Translations under genes and position numbers: made by a program | Source: Planctomycetota bacterium | GTDB taxonomy: Bacteria > Planctomycetota > GCA-002687715 > CAIWVZ01 | Direction of reading: 5' to 3' | Assembly: GCA_044222185.1 (NCBI GenBank) | Contig: JBGANV010000003.1 | Span: forward strand, 384,001 to 448,000 | Length of the DNA: 64,000 nucleotides | Notes under the pieces: model-generated | Seen by the model: only the letters and a program-made list of their open reading frames with translations | What the model was told of the DNA's origin: nothing | Databases searched by the model: none | Part shown: positions 58,762 to 64,000 of the stretch, in pieces | How the letters are laid out: the number at the start of each line of letters is the position of its first letter | Position numbering within the stretch: the first letter of the stretch is position 1

Positions 58762-59246
58762 GCGGCCGGCGCGCCTCGCTCACTGCGGTCGTGCTCCTGG
58801 CAGCTTCGTGCGGCTCCATCGAAACTCCGACCCACGAAGGAATGACCATGTCCATCAGCTCGCCCCTCGCATCCGCGTTCGTCATGGCGTTCGGCGTGAC
58901 CGTCGACGCCGCCCGCTGTCGCGCGTTCTATGAAGGCAAGCTCGGCTTGCGCGTCGTCAGCGACGACCCCATGGCGATCACCTTCGCGTCCGGACCCAGC
59001 GTGATCCGCATCCAGAAGTTCAAGGAGTTCGCACCGAAGCCTTACACGGTCCTCGGGTGGACCGTCTCCGACATCCGCACCACCGTCGCCCAGCTCACGG
59101 CCGCCGGCATCGCGCTCGAACACTTCGGCTTCATGCCGATGCGGGACTCGACCGGCATCGCGACGTTCGACACCGGCGACCAGGTCGCGTGGTTCAAGGA
59201 TCCCGACGGGAACATGCTCGGAGTGACGCAGTTCGCGAAGGGGTGA
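58758..59246 (+). CDS. VOC/glyoxalase family protein, possibly a lipoprotein
   Basis: GTGA overlap; VVLLAASC lipobox-like; RAFYEGKLGL, AWFKDPDGNML. Confidence 0.85.
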   Translation: MSGRRASLTAVVLLAASCGSIETPTHEGMTMSISSPLASAFVMAFGVTVDAARCRAFYEGKLGLRVVSDDPMAITFASGPSVIRIQKFKEFAPKPYTVLGWTVSDIRTTVAQLTAAGIALEHFGFMPMRDSTGIATFDTGDQVAWFKDPDGNMLGVTQFAKG

Positions 59247-59267
59247 TGAGGGGCAAGCCGTCCTGCC

Positions 59268-61401
59268 TCACCGCTCCGGCGGCAGGTGGCGTGCCGTTCG
59301 GGCACGCGTGATCTGCGATTCGAGGACGTCCAGCTCGTCGGCATCGACGCGGAGCGTGGTGGACGTCGGGCCGTGGCCGACCGCGATTTGTGCCGCGGGT
59401 GAGATGACGAACGATTGATCGTCGTCACGACACCGGACCACGACGACGGCGCGCAGCGCGCACGGCTCGGGGACGGGCACGGCAAGTGCGCCTGAGGCTG
59501 ACAGGGCGCATTCGTGATGGAACGGATCGCGATCCCAGGGGTGCGCCGGCTCGGGGCACGCAATCACGCGGAGCAAGACGCGTCGGCCAAAGCGCGAGAG
59601 ACGATCGAACGGCTCGAGGGCGATCGAAAGCGGAATGGCCGGCCGGAGCGTGACGTCGACGGCAGCCGCGGGCGCGGGGACATAGGCCGTGCGCCAACCG
59701 GCATGGACCACGCGGATCTCCGCCGCATCGCGCAGGATCCACGCGTCGCACACGCCGTCGGCTCCGACGATCGGCATGTCATGTTCAGCCAGCCACGACG
59801 CCTTGCCGATCTCCACGCGAGCCCCAGCGGCTGGGCGCCCATCGGGCAGGTGGACCGAAACGCGGATGCGGCGCACGAGCGCCGTGATGTCGAACGGGTT
59901 CAGCTCCGGCGGCGCGAGCGTCTCGCCCTCGCGAATGGTGAACGTTCCGATGGAGACCTTGGGCGCGCCCTCGATCAGGAGCTGGAGGAGGAACTCGTAT
60001 TGACCGGGCGCGAGCGTGCAGAGATCCTGGGACGAAGTCTCTTGTGTCGCGAACATCCACGTGAGTTCGTCACGACCGGTACGGACGTCGCGAATCACGA
60101 GCTTGCCTTCGAGGCTCTTGGGCGAGCGGAACCAGCCCACGAGTTTTCCCGGACGGTGAAGCACGATCTTCACCGCGCGGTCCCCGGCGACGAACGGAAC
60201 GACGGTGATCGGGTAGCCGTCGAGGTTGGCGCTGAGATGGCGGCCCTCTTCCCAATCCTCGGTCGGGATGGTGAAGCTGCCCTCGGAACCCGTTCGCACA
60301 TCGCCAAAGAATGAATTGAGCATCAAATCCGGCGCGTGCTCCCGAAGAAGGTTCTCGACCTTGCCGTCTCTCGACGTCCAGACCGCCACACCCGCCAGCG
60401 GCTCGCCAGCCGCATCGACGACCGTTCCGGCGACGAGCACGGAGCGCCGAGACACCGTGCGCGTTCCGAGGTCGCGGACTTGCGCGGGTGACATCGCGGC
60501 CAGGTCGACCCAGGCGAAACGCCAGGAGTCGGCTTCGCGTATCGGTCGCAAGCGCAGTGACTTCGCAGAGACCGGCCGTTCCTGCGAGTCGACGATGAAG
60601 ACACCCGGGACGCCGATCGTGGCGACGCCCTCGCCATCGGTGCGACAACGCGAGAACTCGCCGATCGAGCCAGGCCCCTCGAAGAGGGTCGACAGCTCCT
60701 CGTTCGCGAACGGATGTCCCGCCTCGTCGACGATCCGCACGCGAACGGTCGCCCGCGCGGGGGCGAGATGCACGGTGATGACGTCGGCGAACCCGTCGCG
60801 CGCGAACGCGCCAAAACGGCGATGCTTTTCCTCGAGTGCGTTCGCCAGGACCCACGCCCCGTCGAGCACGTGAACGTCGACGTCTCGGCGGTACACGGCG
60901 CCATCCCGCTGGGCCGATGCCAATACGACCTCGCCCGTCGTCGTCGTGACGACGGACGTGACGTCGGATTCCAAGTCCTGAAACTCGCCGCCGCCCCACT
61001 GCGTTTCGTATTCGACGACGACCGGCGACGTCACGAGCTTCTCATCCGGGCCCACGACCCGGACCAGCACGTCTCCGAGGGGCGGCAGGCGAATCTCCAC
61101 GGATCCCGAGGGAGGCGCGAGGGAATCGATCCAAAGCGATGGATTCGTTCCGTCGGAGATGGGAATGGCGGCCTGGATCGCCAGGTCCGGCGCCACGATC
61201 CGATCGTTCGCGCGCCGCGCGCGTCGCAGCGACGATCGGCGAGGTTTCCGCCGGCGGCTTGGTTTCCGAGGCCCTGCGATCGAGGGCGCCATCCTGGCTC
61301 GCACCGTGATTGCGAAACGTGAAAAGCACCGCCGCGACGACGACGGCGACCGTGATCGCCAACGCCACCGTCCTGCGACGGAACGTGCTCACGCCAGTCA
61401 C
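59268..61401 (-). pseudogene. Membrane-anchored carboxypeptidase-regulatory-like domain protein, frameshifted near 61200
   Basis: The TM-bearing N-terminus (MTGVSTFRRRTVALAITVAVVVAAVLF) is in the 61401 frame. The body with GTVVDAAGEPLAG / TDGEG repeats is in the 59268-61304 frame. Confidence 0.6.
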
Positions 61402-61526
61402 GGGTGACTCCGGCGGTGAGCGTGAACGCCACGGATCACCGGCGAGCGCCGAGTGTACACCGGGCGTCGCGAGGTGGTGCGTCGCTCGGTCGCGAGGTCA
61501 CTGCGGAAAGGCCGTGCGGTGCGTGA

Positions 61527-61569
61527 GGCAGGGCGGGAGCCCTGCCATCCGGCCAGGCGGGAGCCTGGC
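61527..61569. repeat. Pair of GGGA-tetraloop hairpins (REP-like)
   Basis: GGCAGGGC-GGGA-GCCCTGCC and GCCAGGC-GGGA-GCCTGGC, 5 bp apart. Confidence 0.7.
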
Positions 61570-61626
61570 GCTCCGCGCAGCGCGCCCTGAACGAGCGACG
61601 GGGCGATAGCGGAAGAGGAATGGGCT

Positions 61627-62577
61627 CTACCCGGCGGCGCCGCGAGTCGCGAGCCAATCGACGACGGGCTGACGTCCGGCTTCGCGCGCGACCGCAAGCG
61701 GTGTGCGGCCAGATCCGTCGCGGAGATCGAGTGGGGCGCCCGCCGAGACGAGGAGCTCGACGACTTCCAGGCTCCCGCTGCGCGCGGCCTCGTGGATCGC
61801 GCTCGTGTGGCCGTCCATGAACGAGGCAAGCGTCCGATCGGCACCGAGGCGCTGTTTCACGAGCCACGTGAAACCCCAGCTCGCCGGAGCACAGATGCCG
61901 AACGCGCGCGGCGTGCAGCGCAGCCGATCGTCGCTCGCTTGCGGATCCGCCCCGGCGGCAAGGAGCGCGGCCACGATCTCGGCCGAGCCTCCAAAATGAG
62001 CCCAGTGGAGCGCGGTCCCACCCATGTAGGCGCGGAACGAGAGGTCCGGCCCCTTGGTGAGGAGAAACCGGGCGACCTCGACGTGGGCGTTGCGACACGC
62101 GATGTAGAGGGCGTCCGACACTTGATCGCGCGCGCCGGGCGGCGGGCTCGGCAGGAGACTCCCGTCGGGTGCGTAGCGCGAGCTTCCGGTCTGCGACGAA
62201 CCGGGAATCAATCCGCCGCCAGCATCGAAGAACGCGGTGACCTGCGGAAGGAGCCCCATCCCAGCCGCGCAGAAGAGGTCGGGCACGACGCCGGCGCGCA
62301 CCATCGTGTGCGCGAACACCATGGCGTTGCAGGTGACGGCCCACGACAGCGGCGTGTGATTCCACTGCCCGAACCTCGCCTTGGGATCGGCACCGAACGC
62401 GAGGAGGAGGACCCCGATGTGCGCGTCGTCGAACTCAGCGGCCCGGTGCAATGGACTCGCGCCGTCGGCGGCCGCGCCGCGCGCGAGTTGCGGACGGCTG
62501 CGCAGAAGCGACTCCACGAGGGGTCGGTCACCGGTGCGAATCGCCGAGAACAGGTCCTCGAGGTCGGCGTCGGTCAT
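61627..62577 (-). CDS. Ankyrin repeat protein
   Basis: GASPLHRAA, TPLSWA, GGTALHWA, TSAIHEAA, GRTPLAVA motifs. Confidence 0.93.
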   Translation of the reverse strand: MTDADLEDLFSAIRTGDRPLVESLLRSRPQLARGAAADGASPLHRAAEFDDAHIGVLLLAFGADPKARFGQWNHTPLSWAVTCNAMVFAHTMVRAGVVPDLFCAAGMGLLPQVTAFFDAGGGLIPGSSQTGSSRYAPDGSLLPSPPPGARDQVSDALYIACRNAHVEVARFLLTKGPDLSFRAYMGGTALHWAHFGGSAEIVAALLAAGADPQASDDRLRCTPRAFGICAPASWGFTWLVKQRLGADRTLASFMDGHTSAIHEAARSGSLEVVELLVSAGAPLDLRDGSGRTPLAVAREAGRQPVVDWLATRGAAG

Positions 62578-62612
62578 GAGTCCTGATCAGGCTCCACGAA
62601 TCGTGCCGGCCG

Positions 62613-64000
62613 TCAACGATCCGTCCCCGATTCGCCCTCCTCGGCATCCGTGATCTGGTCCAGGAGCACCCGCGCCGGGCCGAAGCTCGGGTCGATCTGC
62701 AACGCACGCTGACATGCCGCGGCGGCCTTCCGGGCCATCTGACCGAAGTTGTAGAAGCGAGCCTTCGAGAACCAGACGAGCGCCGAATCGGGTTCGAGCT
62801 CGGTGGACGCCTCGATGGCCTCGACGGCTTCCAGGCTCCGACCACTCACGGCGAGCGCGGCCGCGAGGAGTCCGCGAGCGAGGCCGGACCGCGGGCGAAG
62901 GGCCACTGCAACCTGCAGATGCTCCAGGCTGACCGCCGCGCCCGCCGCGCGGGCCGCCGGACCGTCGGCCACGTGCTTCAGCGCGATCGCCCCACGGACG
63001 AACTGCGCGAGGTACGAATCCGGCCGGCGTCGGATCGTGAGGTCGAGCAGCCTCTCCCCCTCGTCGAATCGTGACTTCACGCCGAAGAGGGCGCCCGCCA
63101 GGTGAAAGAGGTCTTCCGCCGATCGCGCTCGAAGCGCGTCGTCCGTCAGCATCGGCCCGAACGTGTCCTCACCGGTTTCGGTGTACCGGCGACTGGCGGC
63201 ATCGACGGCGGTGTACCAAGGGTCCTGTTCGCTCGATGCGATCCAAGCCTCTGCCGCGCGTCGCGCGACGTCGAGTTCCGCATCCCTCGGAGCAAAACTG
63301 CCCGCAGGTGCAGGCATCCCCCACAACTCCTGCGAACGACGCAGTGCGTGCGCGGCCATGCGCCACAGCTCGAGGTTGCGGGCGTGCAGGTCGGCCATCC
63401 GCTGGGCGTCGGCCGCCGCCGAAGAGGCACCGAGTTCGAGTCCGAACTGACGCCAGAACCGCAGGGCCTGCTTGGCGACGCCGGTGAAGTCCATTTCGCC
63501 GCCGAAGCCGTAGCTCATCGTTCCGAGGGTCGCATCGAGATCTTCGATGTTCTCGCGCAGCAGCTGATCCCGCTGCAGGAAGTCGAGTCGCTTGCGCTCG
63601 GCCTCGGCGCGATTGCGCTCGGCCTCCGCGCGATCACGCTCGGCGACGGCGACGACGCGAAGGCGTTCTTCGACGTCGGCCTTGCCGGACGCGCCGATGC
63701 CGTAGCTCAGGAGCGCGGACGCGATGAGCACGAGCACGACCAGGCCCGTGAGCGTACTCGCGAGCGCCGTGTTTCGCTGGCCCCAGCGAAGCAGGCGGAG
63801 GACCGGGCCCGCCGCCCGCGCGCGAATGGGTTCGAGCTTCCGCACGCGCCGCAGTTCGTCAGCGAAGTCGGCGGCGGACTGGTAGCGGCGGTCGCGGTTC
63901 TTCTCGAGTGCCGTCTCGATGACGACCTTGAGGTCACGGGGGACGGCCGGGTTGGCCCGCCGCAGATCGGGCGGGTCGTCGGCGATGATCGTCTGGTACA
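62613..64000 (-). CDS. Ser/Thr protein kinase with TM and C-terminal TPR-like domain (5' part outside the window)
   Basis: The frame stays open to the edge and reads ...NPAVPRDLKVVIETALEKNRDRRYQSAADFADELRR (kinase C-lobe), then a TM, a coiled coil and TPR-like helices. Confidence 0.88.
   Translation of the reverse strand, partial: YQTIIADDPPDLRRANPAVPRDLKVVIETALEKNRDRRYQSAADFADELRRVRKLEPIRARAAGPVLRLLRWGQRNTALASTLTGLVVLVLIASALLSYGIGASGKADVEERLRVVAVAERDRAEAERNRAEAERKRLDFLQRDQLLRENIEDLDATLGTMSYGFGGEMDFTGVAKQALRFWRQFGLELGASSAAADAQRMADLHARNLELWRMAAHALRRSQELWGMPAPAGSFAPRDAELDVARRAAEAWIASSEQDPWYTAVDAASRRYTETGEDTFGPMLTDDALRARSAEDLFHLAGALFGVKSRFDEGERLLDLTIRRRPDSYLAQFVRGAIALKHVADGPAARAAGAAVSLEHLQVAVALRPRSGLARGLLAAALAVSGRSLEAVEAIEASTELEPDSALVWFSKARFYNFGQMARKAAAACQRALQIDPSFGPARVLLDQITDAEEGESGTDR

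Overview
High-GC bacterial DNA, most consistent with an uncultured Planctomycetota lineage. This taxonomy is inferred from ECF sigma/Ser-Thr kinase pairs, an ECF sigma fused to a TM helix and exported domains, and many repeat-rich exported proteins. In order, the window holds: a truncated kinase-like gene and an ECF sigma beside an exported protein; an SDR; a compact flagellar export-gate operon (fliO-fliP-fliQ-fliR-flhB-flhA-orf-fliA) with no flhF/flhG and five unassigned accessory genes; a PAS hybrid histidine kinase; glyQ-glyS that look myxobacterial; a clan GH-A glycosidase; SBBP/PKD and FG-GAP surface proteins; glucose dehydrogenase; isoaspartyl peptidase; a conserved membrane protein; a membrane-tethered ECF fusion; a GH172/GH116/glutaminase-A-like trio; a second ECF module with two kinase-FGE(SUMF1) fusions, one probably a pseudokinase; an RCC1-repeat protein; AraC with two VOC genes; a frameshifted exported protein; an ankyrin protein; and a truncated kinase-TPR gene. 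The most interesting signal is a shared ~100-120 aa C-terminal domain on four to five otherwise unrelated signal-peptide proteins. It is a candidate unrecognised sorting or attachment domain, and three of its carriers flank ECF/kinase modules. No rRNA, tRNA, CRISPR array, transposase or reverse transcriptase was seen. All product calls come from motif recognition by eye, without database searches.
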